Notes: generated from the letters alone by a model not told the origin. Shown: positions 1-14,553, counted from the first letter of the stretch. The stretch: 64,000 bases of DNA from Eledone cirrhosa (GCA_964016885.1 OZ024760.1:22382001-22446000); one strand, 5' to 3'. Program-made: numbers and translations.

Positions 1-308
1 ACAGTAACAACAACAACAGTAACAACACCAACAGTAACAACACCAACAGTAACAACACCAACAGTAACAACACCAACAGTAACAACAACAGTAGCAACAA
101 CAACAGTAGCAACAACAACAGTAACAACAGTAACAACAACAACAGTAACAACAACAACAACAGTAACAACAACAACAGTAACAACAACAACAGTAACAAC
201 ACCAACAGTAACAACAACAACAACAGTAGCAACAACAACAGTAGCAACAACAGTAACAACAACAACAGTAACAACAACAGTAACAACAACAACAGTAACA
301 ACAACAGT
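1..308. repeat. (ACA)n/ACAGTA compound microsatellite
   Basis: Tandem acaacaacagta-type units. Confidence 0.95.
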
Positions 309-581
309 TGCAGCTATAACCAGGAAACCATTACATAATGACGTTATCAACAGATTATCCGCCATTTTTCGATGTGTTTAATTGATTTTGCTTGTTCAAT
401 GGTCTGTTGAAAGGTGGGGTGGTGGGGTGGGTGGTGCGTGGGGGGTGGGGTGTAGTAAGGTTCCACACCATATATGGTAGGTGATTGCTGTTGGCATGGT
501 GGTGGTGAAAGGGACCAATTGTGGCGGTAAAGGTAATGGTTAACAATAACAGCGATGGTGTTGGCGGTGTCAATATTCTAG

Positions 582-657
<76 letters not shown>

Positions 658-839
658 GCGTAAGTACATATGTACGTACGTATATATATATATATGCGTA
701 AGTACATATGTACGTACGTATGTAAGTATGTGCGTATGTATTTGCGTATGTATGTATGTATGTATGTATGTAAGTGTGACTTTACGTACGTACTTATATA
801 TGTATGTACGTACGTATGTGTGAGTGTGTGTGTGTGTAG

Positions 840-1040
840 ATTTCCGATTTCTCTCAGAGTTGGGGTAACCACAGTTAAAAAAAAGAGTACTCAATACATT
901 AGGAAAGTATAAGCGTATTTTATTTTATATAAAAATGGCTTTTACAGGACTAAAACAGTTTCATTCAAATGAAATCATCAGGAAGGATTTCATACGAATG
1001 AAACAATTCTAGTCGTGCCGAAGATAGTTTTATATAAAAT
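840..1040 (-). mobile_element. HHR element family A, diverged copy with a short inverted (+) remnant at about 986-1040
   Basis: Reverse complement aligns to 14554-14688 (ctgatgatttc..gaatgaaac..tagtcctgta..gtattgagtac..actgtggttacc). Confidence 0.8.
938..986 (-). ncRNA. Type I hammerhead ribozyme motif, family A, degenerate
   Basis: cttc CTGATGA tttc attt gaat GAAAC tgttttagtcct GTA aaag; stems I and III partly mismatched. Confidence 0.55.
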
Positions 1041-1050
1041 AATATTTATA

Positions 1051-1088
<38 letters not shown>

Positions 1089-1090
1089 TA

Positions 1091-1310
1091 CAGTCGATCG
1101 ACTTTCGTCAAATCGGACCGAGGAAACAATGTTTCCGTTGGTCTTTCCAATTGCTAATACTATCTATCGGTCGCAACTCCAGGTAGAAGCAGCAGCGTGA
1201 AATAAAGTGTCTTGCTCAAGGACATAACACATCGTTCGGTCCAGGAAACGAACTCACAACCTCATGATTGCGCATCCAATTCTCTTACCACTCAGCCACG
1301 TGACTTCACA
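1091..1310 (-). mobile_element. tRNA-derived SINE, CORE-like family
   Basis: A box (tggctgagtggtaa), B box (gagttcgtttcc), gtccttgagcaagacact core; homologous to 37635-37863. Confidence 0.85.
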
Positions 1311-1532
1311 TACATATATATACATACATATACATATATATAAACACACACACACACATACACACACAAATAGTATCAAAGGAATCTCAATCTTGTTTCA
1401 TCAAATAATTATTTTTAATCTCTTTCAAATGTTTCGGGTGAACTGTGACCTCGAATTATTCAATTGTTTTTGTAAATTTCATCTTCATCAATAGACTAAA
1501 TATAAATCTTGCCTCGCACTTCACCTTCATCA

Positions 1533-1680
1533 GAGGGTTTAATATAGAAATGGCTACTACAGCGCTAGAACTGTTTCTAGTCTTGTAGAAGCCATATCTA
1601 TATTAAAACTCATGTTAACTCTCTAATAATATATAAAGTATCTTACTTATTGTGGTACCCGTGAGTGAACCCGGGACTCA
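1533..1680 (+). mobile_element. HHR element family A, fold-back remnant lacking the core
   Basis: Inverted tttaatatagaaatggctactaca/tgtagaagccatatctatattaaa followed by the family A 3' end. Confidence 0.7.
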
Positions 1681-1715
1681 AACACACACACACACACACA
1701 CATATATATATTATA

Positions 1716-1764
<49 letters not shown>

Positions 1765-1979
1765 CATATATATATATGTGTGTGTGTGTAGATAAATCTA
1801 CCAAAATATACGGTAGTATCCAATCCGTATGAAGAACTCAATGTAATCCAAATATCATGAAAAGAGAAGATGTATTCAAATTTTTTTCGATGAAAAACAC
1901 AGGAAAACAGAGTCAAGATAAATTACTAAAAATAATGAATAAAAACAAAGAAACAGTTCCTTATATTAAAAAATTCATC

Positions 1980-2107
1980 ATTTTACGATCGTTTCTAGGA
2001 TATATATGTGTGTGTTGGTATGTATATCATATAGATCTATGTAAAAGTTTTACAAACTATCAGAGGGAATATACATACCTACACATATATATGCTGTCTT
2101 CAGAAAT
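1980..2107 (-). ncRNA. Type I hammerhead with long stem II (family C, minus arm)
   Basis: Mirror of 2112-2251. Confidence 0.7.
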
Positions 2108-2111
2108 AATT

Positions 2112-2251
2112 ATTTTCTGAAGACAGCATATATATGTGTAGGTATGTATATTCCCTCTGATAGTTTGTAAAACTTTTACATAGATCTATACCAACACACA
2201 CATATATATATACCAACACACACATATATATCCTAGAAACGATCGTAAAAT
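2112..2251 (+). ncRNA. Type I hammerhead with about 110-nt stem II insert (family C)
   Basis: atttt CTGAAGA cagcatatatatgtgt...acacatatatatccta GAAAC gatc GTA aaat; stem III palindrome ACGATCGT. Confidence 0.75.
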
Positions 2252-2330
2252 GATGAATTTTTTAATATAAGGAACTGTTTCTTTGTTTTTATTCATTATT
2301 TTTATTAATTTATATACATATATACATTTA

Positions 2331-2378
2331 TTGCCTGATGTGCCTGTGAATGTGTCGGCGAAACTCCTGAGCAACAAG
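2331..2378 (+). ncRNA. Degenerate hammerhead-like motif
   Basis: ttgc CTGATGT gcc...ggc GAAA ctc ct gag ca; A9 and U16.1 altered. Confidence 0.35.
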
Positions 2379-2432
2379 ACTCTCCACTTAGCCATAAATT
2401 AATATTTAAACAGCCTCGGTATTGAGTTTCCT

Positions 2433-2481
<49 letters not shown>

Positions 2482-2486
2482 TATAT

Positions 2487-2796
2487 GTAACAAAGAAGGT
2501 GTGCTTAGATACCAGGGTACACGATACTTAGGGTAATAAAGTGAGTAACAGGAAAAGAGTCAGGACCCCGACGGCTGAGCTTCGGCCGTTTCGACAGTTA
2601 GATATGAACTAAGTCAGCAGTATTAGAACGACGGGAATCTAGCTGAACTTATCCAGAGATACAGTCCATATTTTGGCATACAGACTGTGCCCCTTGGTAA
2701 GTTCAGCTAGCCTCCCGACGTTCTAATACGGCTGGCTTAGTTCGGATCTAACTGTCGAAACGGCTGGAGCTCAGCCGTCGGGGTCCTGACTCTTTT

Positions 2797-2799
<3 letters not shown>
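2487..2799. mobile_element. Fold-back HHR element with U3-A8-type core (arms 2550-2799)
   Basis: Inverted arms; + arm gcccc TTGGTAA gttcagctag...ctaactgtc GAAAC ggctg gagct cagcc GTC ggggt; - arm core TGGATAA; consensus TTGATAA. Confidence 0.75.
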
Positions 2800-2835
<36 letters not shown>

Positions 2836-3002
2836 AATTTATATCTAATAACATTTATATACACACAGATGCATATCAATGCTAGCAAATATATAGGTTT
2901 TGTCTTATTAACAATGTGGTTCAATGCATGGGGTTGCAGAACAATAATATGAGAGACGTAAAATAAGAAAATTATAAAATTAACTTACTTACTAAAAAAA
3001 TC

Positions 3003-3085
3003 ACTTCCAACTAATTAGTTTCTGGAATGGAGTAAATACATTTTCCGAAGAAACATATACAAAATCATTCCGTCATCAGGAAAGT
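3003..3085 (-). ncRNA. Type I hammerhead ribozyme motif (family I)
   Basis: actttc CTGATGA cggaatg...cattcca GAAAC taatta GTT ggaagt; stem III palindrome AACTAATTAGTT. Confidence 0.8.
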
Positions 3086-3223
3086 CTTTTTCCGTATAGG
3101 TCTCCAGGCATAGCGAGGACACTGGAAACTTATTAAAAAAATAATTCAGTGGAATGGAAATAGCGAAGCGTGGACTGGATTCCAAGCCATTGAGAAAATC
3201 ACTGCCTCCTCGTCTGTCGCAAA

Positions 3224-3297
<74 letters not shown>

Positions 3298-3517
3298 GAG
3301 GTTATATTTAATTTGTTTGGATTCAACAAGCTTAACATTTTTTATAACTGATATAAAGCACTCAAGAGATTAGTGCAGTAATTACACAATATATTAATAA
3401 ATGGAAACTATATTTATAAAACCATATTTATTTTATTATATATATTTCAAGGGCAACCAAAGCAAATTATGGTGCGCTTTCATCAGATAAAATACAGATT
3501 TGTTTTATAAATAAATA

Positions 3518-3520
<3 letters not shown>
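3298..3520 (-). mobile_element. HHR element family D
   Basis: Homologous to 30201-30420, 45461-45765 and 47410-47868; flanked by (TA)n. Confidence 0.85.
3431..3492 (-). ncRNA. Type I hammerhead ribozyme motif (family D)
   Basis: ttttat CTGATGA aagcgcacc...ggttgccctt GAAA tatata TA ataaaa. Confidence 0.8.
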
Positions 3521-3552
<32 letters not shown>

Positions 3553-3557
<5 letters not shown>

Positions 3558-4051
3558 GTTTCTACTTTTGGCACAAGGCCAGCAATTATACCAGTGTATT
3601 ACTGGTGCTTTATATTATCGACCCCGTAAGGATGAAAGGCAAAGTTACCCTCGGCGGGATTTGAACCAGTCCATAAAGGGACGTAACTGTGCTTCAAAGC
3701 ATGGTGTCCGACCCTCTACCGATACTGCCAATCCACCGCCCTTATATATATATATAATATATATGTAATTGTTTCTAATTTAGGCACAAGGCCAGCAATT
3801 ACCCAGTACATTACTGGTACTTTATTTTATCGACCCCATAAGGATGAAAGGAAAAGTTTAACCTCGGCGGGATTTGAACTCAGACTGTAAAGGGACGTAA
3901 CTATGCTGGAAAGCATGGTGTCCGACCCTCTACCGATACTGCCAATTCAACGACCTTAAATAATTGTCTACTTTAGGCACAAGGCCAGCAATTATTCAGT
4001 GCATTACTGGTACTTTATTTTATCGACCCTCTACTGATACTGCCAATCCAC
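3553..4051 (-). mobile_element. Three adjacent copies (last one deleted) of tRNA-derived SINE family 2
   Basis: Copies at about 3553-3742, 3766-3956 and 3961-4051; B box gttcaaatcc; central gcctttcatccttacggggtcgataaaataaagtaccag domain (resembles Meta-type SINE domain, from memory). Confidence 0.9.
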
Positions 4052-4063
4052 ATATATATATAA

Positions 4064-4230
4064 TGGCGGAGAATTGGTAGAGGCGTTAAAATGTCAAATA
4101 GAAAATGCTTTGCAGTATTCGTTCTGTCTCTCTCTGAATTCAAATCTCACCGCGGTCAACTTCGTCTTTCATCATCTCGAGGTTGATACAAAGAAAAGAA
4201 TAGCAGTTCAGGCCCGTACTGGGGTCGGGT
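4064..4230 (+). mobile_element. Diverged SINE family 2 copy
   Basis: ggcggagaattggtagag...ttcaaatctcaccgcggtcaacttcgtctttcatc. Confidence 0.7.
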
Positions 4231-4469
4231 CTTCCTCTATATTATCTGGCCCAGGAACTCCTACAGTTTCTCACTTCCACACTCACTCTCTTCTCTAACT
4301 GACATAAATTGACGGTTGTCAGACACAGAGAGAAAGACGGACTCCGCCAATTAGTATAAAAACAGAACGCCCAAGACACATTGCATGTCACTACGGTCTG
4401 GCTACGGTCTCTGTTGTTAGTTACATGCCTATACAAATATAGTATCTTATCACATCCTAATATCTTATG

Positions 4470-4915
4470 TGAAAGCTTAACACTACCGGCTCGGGATGAG
4501 AAGGGGAGTCTGCAGCATCCATGCCATGCTTGATGACCTCCAAAGCAGCATGGCGTGGAAGGCGGCCGACCCTGTAGCGGCAGGACATGGGGTGGAGGTA
4601 GAAAGAGTCTACGGTGGATCCGCAGCGGTATTTATGTGGTTCGCAGATCCGGAGGTCGAGCCTCAGGGAAACCCCGATTCGCAGGCTATCATTATCCAGC
4701 TGTATACCTGTTGAAAAGGAAGCCAAAACATTGAGCCTGGCACCTCTGTGGGGTTGCGAGGCCGAGAGAAAAACTGGCGAGGAGGTGCTGGTCGAGCTGG
4801 CACACTAGCCTGTCTTATAAATGGAATAAAATTATATTGGATAATTTGGTTTAAAAACCTACAAATTATACCGGCTGATCATAGCTGTAATGCTTTTGAT
4901 CATAACGTCTTAAAT
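4470..4915 (-). mobile_element. CRE-like (restriction-like endonuclease clade) non-LTR retrotransposon fragment, zinc-knuckle region
   Basis: Translates PHRGARLNVL..LDNDSLRIGVSLRLDLRICEPHKYRCG..VD...LHPMSC....GRLPRHAAL..IK...PS.PEP, matching the pre-RLE CCHC region of CRE elements. Confidence 0.75.
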
Positions 4916-7900
4916 CAACAACAACCATAACACAAACATAACCACCACCACTACCACTCACAGCACAACCAACACCACCCCAAAACCAGCACCAACAACA
5001 CCAACACCAACAACACAGCCAACACCACCCGCAACATATCCAACACCACCCCAAAACCAGCACCAACAACACAAACATCAACAACATAACCAACACCACC
5101 CCAAAACCAGCACCAGCAACACCAACATCAACAACACAGCCAACAACACCCGCAACATAACCAACACCACCCCAAAACCAGCACCAACAACACAAACATC
5201 AACAACATAACCAACACCACCCCAAAACCAGCACCAGCAACACCAACATCAACAACACAGCCAACACCACCCGCAACATAACCAACACCACCCCAAAACC
5301 AGCACCAACAACACAAACATCAACAACATAACCAACACCACCCCAAAACCAGCACCAACAACACAAACATCAACAACATAACCAACACCACCCCAAAACC
5401 AGCACCAGCAACACCAACATCAACAACACAACCAACAACACCCGCAACATAACCAACACCACCCCAAAACCAGCACCAACAACACAAACATCAACAACAC
5501 AACCAACAACACCCGCAACATAACCAACACCACCCCAAAACCAGCACCAGCAACACCAACATCAACAACACAACCAACAACACCCGCAACATAACCAACA
5601 CCACCCCAAAACCAGCACCAACAACACAAACATCAACAACACAACCAACAACACCCGCAACATAACCAACACCACCCCAAAACCAGCACCAACAACACCA
5701 GCATCAACAACACAACCAACAACACCCGCAACATAACCAACACCACCCCAAAACCCAGCACCAACAACACAAACATCAACAACACAACCAACAACACCCG
5801 CAACATAACCAACACCACCCCAAAACCAGCACCAGCAACACCAACATCAACAACACAACCAACAACACCCGCAACATAACCAACACCACCCCAAAACCAG
5901 CACCAACAACACAAACATCAACAACACAACCAACAACACCCGCAACATAACCAACACCACCCCAAAACCAGCACCAGCAACACCAACATCAACAACATAA
6001 CCAACAACACCCGCAACATAACCAACACCACCCCAAAACCCAGCACCAACAACACAAACATCAACAACACAACCAACAACACCCGCAACATAACCAACAC
6101 CACCCCAAAACCAGCACCAGCAACACCAACATCAACAACATAACCAACAACACCCGCAACATAACCAACACCACCCCAAAACCCAGCACCAACAACACAA
6201 ACATCAACAACACAACCAACAACACCCGCAACATAACCAACACCACCCCAAAACCCAGCACCAGCAACACCAACATCAACAACATAACCAACAACACCCG
6301 CAACATAACCAACACCACCCCAAAACCCAGCACCAACAACACAAACATCAACAACACAACCAACAACACCCGCAACATAACCAACACCACCCCAAAACCC
6401 AGCACCAACAACACAAACATCAACAACACAACCAACAACACCCGCAACATAACCAACACCACCCCAAAACCAGCACCAACAACACAAACATCAACAACAC
6501 AACCAACAACACCCGCAACATAACCAACACCACCCCAAAACCAGCACCAGCAACACCAACATCAACAACACAACCAACAACACCCGCAACATAACCAACA
6601 CCACCCCAAAACCAGCACCAACAACACAAACATCAACAACACAACCAACAACACCCGCAACATAACCAACACCACCCCAAAACCAGCACCAGCAACACCA
6701 ACATCAACAACACAACCAACAACACCCGCAACATAACCAACACCACCCCAAAACCAGCACCAACAACACAAACATCAACAACACAACCAACAACACCCGC
6801 AACATAACCAACACCACCCCAAAACCAGCACCAACAACACCAGCATCAACAACACAACCAACAACACCCGCAACATAACCAACACCACCCCAAAACCCAG
6901 CACCAACAACACAAACATCAACAACACAACCAACAACACCCGCAACATAACCAACACCACCCCAAAACCAGCACCAGCAACACCAACATCAACAACACAA
7001 CCAACAACACCCGCAACATAACCAACACCACCCCAAAACCAGCACCAGCAACACCAACATCAACAACATAACCAACAACACCCGCAACATAACCAACACC
7101 ACCCCAAAACCAGCACCAGCAACACCAACATCAACAACATAACCAACAACACCCGCAACATAACCAACACCACCCCAAAACCCAGCACCAACAACACAAA
7201 CATCAACAACACAACCAACAACACCCGCAACATAACCAACACCACCCCAAAACCAGCACCAGCAACACCAACATCAACAACACAACCAACAACACCCGCA
7301 ACATAACCAACACCACCCCAAAACCAGCACCAACAACACAAACATCAACAACACAACCAACAACACCCGCAACATAACCAACACCACCCCAAAACCAGCA
7401 CCAGCAACACCAACATCAACAACACAACCAACAACACCCGCAACATAACCAACACCACCCAAAAACCCAGCACCAACAACACAAACATCAACAACACAAC
7501 CAACAACACCCGCAACATAACCAACACCACCCCAAAACCAGCACCAGCAACACCAACATCAACAACACAACCAACAACACCCGCAACATAACCAACACCA
7601 CCCCAAAACCAGCACCAGCAACACCAACAACATAACCAACAACACCCGCAACATAACCAACACCACCCCAAAACCAGCACCAACAACACAAACATCAACA
7701 ACATAACCAACAACACCCGCAACATAACCAACACCACCCCAAAACCAGCACCAGCAACACCAACATCAACAACCAACAACACCCGCAACATAACCAACAC
7801 CACCCCAAAACCAGCACCAGCAACACCAACATCAACAACACAACCAACAACACCCGCAACATAACCAACACCACCCCAAAACCAGCACCAGCAACACCAA

Positions 7901-9680
7901 CATCAACAACACAACCAACAACACCCGCAACATAACCAACACCACCCCAAAACCAGCACCAGCAACACCAACAACATAACCAACAACACCCGCAACATAA
8001 CCAACACCACCCCAAAACCAGCACCAACAACACAAACATCAACAACACAACCAACAACACCCGCAACATAACCAACACCACCCCAAAACCAGCACCAGCA
8101 ACACCAACAACATAACCAACAACACCCGCAACATAACCAACACCACCCCAAAACCAGCACCAGCAACACCAACATCAACAACATAACCAACAACACCCGC
8201 AACATAACCAACACCACCCCAAAACCCAGCACCAACAACACAAACATCAACAACACAACCAACAACACCCGCAACATAACCAACACCACCCCAAAACCAG
8301 CACCAACAACACAAACATCAACAACACAACCAACAACACCCGCAACATAACCAACACCACCCCAAAACCAGCACCAGCAACACCAACATCAACAACATAA
8401 CCAACAACACCCGCAACATAACCAACACCACCCCAAAACCAGCACCAGCAACACCAACATCAACAACATAACCAACAACACCCGCAACATAACCAACACC
8501 ACCCCAAAACCAGCACCAGCAACACCAACATCAACAACATAACCAACAACACCCGCAACATAACCAACACCACCCCAAAACCAGCACCAGCAACACCAAC
8601 ATCAACAACATAACCAACAACACCCGCAACATAACCAACACCACCCCAAAACCAGCACCAGCAACATCAACAACATAACCAACAACACCCGCAACATAAC
8701 CAACACCACCCCAAAACCAGCACCAGCAACACCAACATCAACAACATAACCAACAACACCCGCAACATAACCAACACCACCCCAAAACCAGCACCAGCAA
8801 CACCAACATCAACAACATAACCAACAACACCCGCAACATAACCAACACCACCCCAAAACCAGCACCAGCAACACCAACATCAACAACATAACCAACAACA
8901 CCCGCAACATAACCAACACCACCCCAAAACCAGCACCAGCAACACCAACATCAACAACACAACCAACAACACCCGCAACATAACCAACACCACCCCAAAA
9001 CCAGCACCAGCAACACCAACATCAACAACATAACCAACAACACCCGCAACATAACCAACACCACCCCAAAACCAGCACCAGCAACACCAACATCAACAAC
9101 ATAACCAACAACACCCGCAACATAACCAACACCACCCCAAAACCAACATCACCAACACCAACAACACCAACACCCGCAACAGAAGCAACAACACCCCCAA
9201 CACTAACACCACCACCCCAAAACCAGCACCACCAACATCAACAACATAACCAACACCACCCGCAACATAACCAACACCACCCCAAAACCAGCACCAGCAA
9301 CACCAACATCAACAACACAGCCAACACCACCCGCAACATAACCAACACCACCCCAAAACCAGCACCAACAACACAAACATCAACAACATAACCAACACCA
9401 CCCCAAAACCAGCACCAACAACACCAACATCAACAACACAACCAACAACACCCGCAACATAACCAACACCACCCCAAAACCAACATCACCAACACCAACA
9501 CCAACAACACCCGCAACAGAAGCAACAACACCCCAACACTAACACCACTATAGCCACCAACATCAACAACACAACCAATATCACAACCAGCACCTCAAAC
9601 ACAACCACCACCAATACTAACAACACCATCAACCATAACAAAACCAACACCAACACGACCACCACTATCACCAACAATCC
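4916..9680. repeat. C/A-rich minisatellite, about 71 bp unit
   Basis: Unit accaacaccaccccaaaaccagcacca(g/a)caacac(c/a)aacatcaacaacacaaccaacaacacccgcaacata; identical ORFs recur 142 bp apart. Confidence 0.95.
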
Positions 9681-10369
9681 ATAAATACAAACACACACAT
9701 ACACACACACAGAATTACATCCACAAATGCACACATACACACACATATGTACATCCCAAAACGCACACACTCTTGTGAGAACTACACAGACACTGCATTA
9801 CCACCCGTCCACCCGGAATCAGTAACTCCACATATCATCACATACACACACAAACACACATATACACACAGACACATATATATATATATATATATATATA
9901 AAAACACACACATATACACGCACACACGCACCGACATATATATATATATACACACACATACATATATAAATATACATACACACACATACATATATAAATA
10001 AATATACATACACACACATACATATATAAATATACATACACACATATATAAATAAATATACATACACACATAAATATACATACACACACACACAAATATA
10101 CATACACACACACACAAATATACATACACACACACACATACATAAATATATATTAATATATATATATATACACACGCCTATATATACATACATTTATACA
10201 CACACGCATATATATGCACACAAACACATACATATATATATGCATACACACATACACACACATATATATATATATATATATATTCCGCACACACACACAC
10301 TCACACATACATACATACACACACAGGTACACTATTAAACACACTCTTCCAACAGCTACATCAACACAC

Positions 10370-10670
10370 CTTGGCCACCCGCCATTCTTCTCGCCACCCG
10401 GAACGAAAAGAAAACCACCCCTAGCTACATTTTACACACATATATATACACAAATATATACAGACACACTCTCACTTACACACACAGAAACACACATTCG
10501 TTGTTGATAGCAACCCACCACCCTTCCCACCCGAGCACGTGACCAATGATTCCTCCACCCGGCCACGTGATTACCCGCCATTCCTCACGGACCAATCGTT
10601 ACAGTGTTGCTGCAGCAGTAAAAACAACTGAAAGCCGTCAATCTCTTTGATCTTAGCTTTAGCAGTCAGT
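10370..10670. promoter_or_regulatory. Candidate promoter/enhancer island
   Basis: Locally GC-richer unique sequence with two CACGTGA E-boxes and two CCAAT boxes within about 65 bp. Confidence 0.35.
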
Positions 10671-12336
<1,666 letters not shown>

Positions 12337-12439
12337 CAGATGAGAGGTGTTAGGTAGGGAAGTATTGATAGGTGAAATAACGTAGATCGATATATTCGTT
12401 ATTGATGAGAAAGTGTGTGTCACAGTTAGGTATATATAT

Positions 12440-13090
12440 AAGACGAGAGGGAGAGGGAAAGGGTGAGGGGGAGAGAGGGAGGGAAAGGGTGAGGGAGAGT
12501 GAGGGAGAGAGAGGGAGAGAAAGGGTGAGGGAGAGAGATGGAGAGAAAGGGTGAGGGAGAGCGGGCGAGGGAGGAAGGGAGAGCGGGCGAGGGAGGAAGA
12601 GAGAGGGGTGAGGGAGATATAAGGGGTGGGGGAGGGGGAGGGGGGAGGGAGGGGGAGGGGTGACAGAGGGTGATAGAGGGAGGGAGAGGGAGGGAGAGGG
12701 AGGGAGAGGAAGGGAGAGAGGGAGGGGGAGGGAGAGGGAGAGAGGGGGAGGGAAGAGGGAGAGGGAGAGAGAGGGAGGGAAGAGGGAGAGGGAGAGAGAG
12801 GATGAGGGAGGGAGATAGAGGGTGAGGTAGAGAGGGAGGGAGAGGGTGCATGAGAGGTTGAGAGAGGGGGAGGGAGAGAGAGAGAGGGAGAATGAGAGAG
12901 AGAGAGCGAGGGAGAATGAGGGAGAGTGAGTGAGGGAGGGAGGGGGAGTGAGGGAGAGAGGCAGAGAGAGATGGATGGATGGAGGGAGGGAGAGAAAATG
13001 AGGGGGATGGGGGAGAGTGAGGGAGGGAGCGACGGAGGGTGAGGGAGGGAGAGATAGAGGGGGAGGGAGAGAGCACGAGGGGGAGAAGTA
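12440..13090. repeat. Purine-rich (GA/GGA) low-complexity tract
   Basis: Almost entirely G/A on the + strand. Confidence 0.9.
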
Positions 13091-13169
13091 GAAAAACTGG
13101 GAGAAGGTAATAAAAAAAAAAGGGATGAAGGGTGAAGAAATATGGAGAAAGATCCGTCTCTACGTTGCT

Positions 13170-13595
13170 ACAGCGGAGTCTGTGCTGCTGTACGGGTCTG
13201 ACCAAGAAGCTCACTCAGAAGGTGACTGGGTGCTACATGAGAATGCTGAGGATGGCTCTGAACATTAATCAGTATACACTGAGAATGAAGAACTCAGAGC
13301 TGTACGGGAGCCTCCCAAAAGTCAGCTCAAAAGTGACACAGAGGAGGCTGAGGTTAGCTGGACATGCTCACCGACATCCAGAGTTCACACTGCATTCAGT
13401 GCTACTGTGGGAGCCCCTAAAAGGACACACTAGAAGAGGGAAACCGGGGTTGACATATATTGATGTCCTAAGGACAGACACTGGTCTTTTGGAGACTCAG
13501 GACATGGCGGTGATGATGAAGGACAGAGACCACTGGAGAGAACTCGTCCATGGATCTCGGGAATTTTACCCGCCATAGATAAATAAATAGATATA
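13170..13595 (+). mobile_element. RTE-group LINE 3' fragment (post-RT C-terminus plus short tail)
   Basis: GCYMRMLRMALN...N.ELYG.LP.VS.KV.QRRLRLAGH..RH......LLWEP..G...RGKP..TYID.L..DTG; tagataaataaatagat tail. Confidence 0.85.
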
Positions 13596-13599
13596 TTAC

Positions 13600-13759
13600 T
13601 GACTGCCTTTAATATCTGTTTATCCTTTGTGATCCTTTCTTTATATTTTGTACTCCCGAAGAAGGGCTAAAGCCCAACACGTCAAGCTTTCTTTCCCACT
13701 TTTCTTATAAAGCGAGAAACTAATAAGACATTTTGTATATCTGTTTTGCCGTTTCCTTG

Positions 13760-13762
<3 letters not shown>
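13600..13762 (+). mobile_element. HHR-remnant element family F
   Basis: CCGAAGA a gggc taaa gccc aacac GTC; homologous to 34852-34985 (-). Confidence 0.6.
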
Positions 13763-13799
<37 letters not shown>

Positions 13800-13805
<6 letters not shown>

Positions 13806-14079
13806 ATATCAAAAGATGGTTATAAGACTTCCATGTATTTTATTATGCGCATTTCAAAAACAAATATCATGCGATGACATTTGCGTTTTCGTCAGATAAA
13901 ATAGGGAGACATGATATGAAGGTTAAAAAACACTTGTGAGTAGTGCAGTTTTAAATCAACATATCTTTTAACCATCTTTTGATCTTATATATTATTTATA
14001 CTCCAGTCCTACAAACTGTAGAGTGCTACTTATCCGATATCTGCATTGCTTTATTGTACTACAATAAAACTCACCTCCT

Positions 14080-14082
<3 letters not shown>
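13800..14082. mobile_element. HHR element family E, partially inverted (minus piece to about 13960, then plus-strand 3' end)
   Basis: Homologous to 25975-26145 and 35790-35942. Confidence 0.85.
13836..13903 (-). ncRNA. Type I hammerhead ribozyme motif (family E)
   Basis: tattttat CTGACGA aaacgcaaatgtca tcgca tgatatttgttttt GAAA tgcgca TA ataaaata. Confidence 0.88.
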
Positions 14083-14112
<30 letters not shown>

Positions 14113-14167
14113 ACGTGTGTGTGTGAGCGTGTGTGTGTGTCTGACTGTCTGTGTGTTTGAGTTGAAG

Positions 14168-14318
14168 AATGAAAACAAAGGCGAAAATTAGTGCTTAATC
14201 GGTTTCATTGTTTTACGATCGTTTCAGAAGGTTGATTGATCCTGATAAATCAATACAGGGACTAATCGATAGTAGTTATGTAACGATCGTAAAACACTGA
14301 ACGCCTTTTGTTTTCATA
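14168..14318. mobile_element. Family C-related fold-back remnant
   Basis: Inverted atgaaaacaaa..gttttacgatcgtt / aacgatcgtaaaac..tttgttttcat. Confidence 0.55.
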
Positions 14319-14553
14319 ATATATATTTATATATATATATACACATACATCTGTAGCTTGTTTGGATTGCACAAAGGAATCGGATAGTATGTAAGCCGAC
14401 TTCAAAATCAAAAGGTCTAATCATAGAGTAAAATGAAGGAAATTCTCAGAACTAATATCGATAACGACCTACAATAAAGATTTGAACTATCAAAGAATAC
14501 CAATCACCAGTGAAGTCATTCTTTTCTTTTATCATATATATATATATATATAT

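Larger units (their letters stand above)
1790..2313. mobile_element. HHR element family C, fold-back (about 190 bp arms, 1918-2313)
   Basis: Near-perfect inverted repeat centred at about 2110; each arm carries an HHR. Confidence 0.85.

Noticed and set aside
1230-1310. SINE heads as tRNA genes
   Set aside because: No complete cloverleaf; they continue into SINE bodies
1415-1533. Minus-strand CTGATGA aggtgaa...ttcacc cGAAAC
   Set aside because: Triplet reads GAA and stem I is mismatched; at most a decayed HHR
4866-8314. Cys/Trp/Val-rich ORFs
   Set aside because: Frames of a 71-bp minisatellite with a period not divisible by 3
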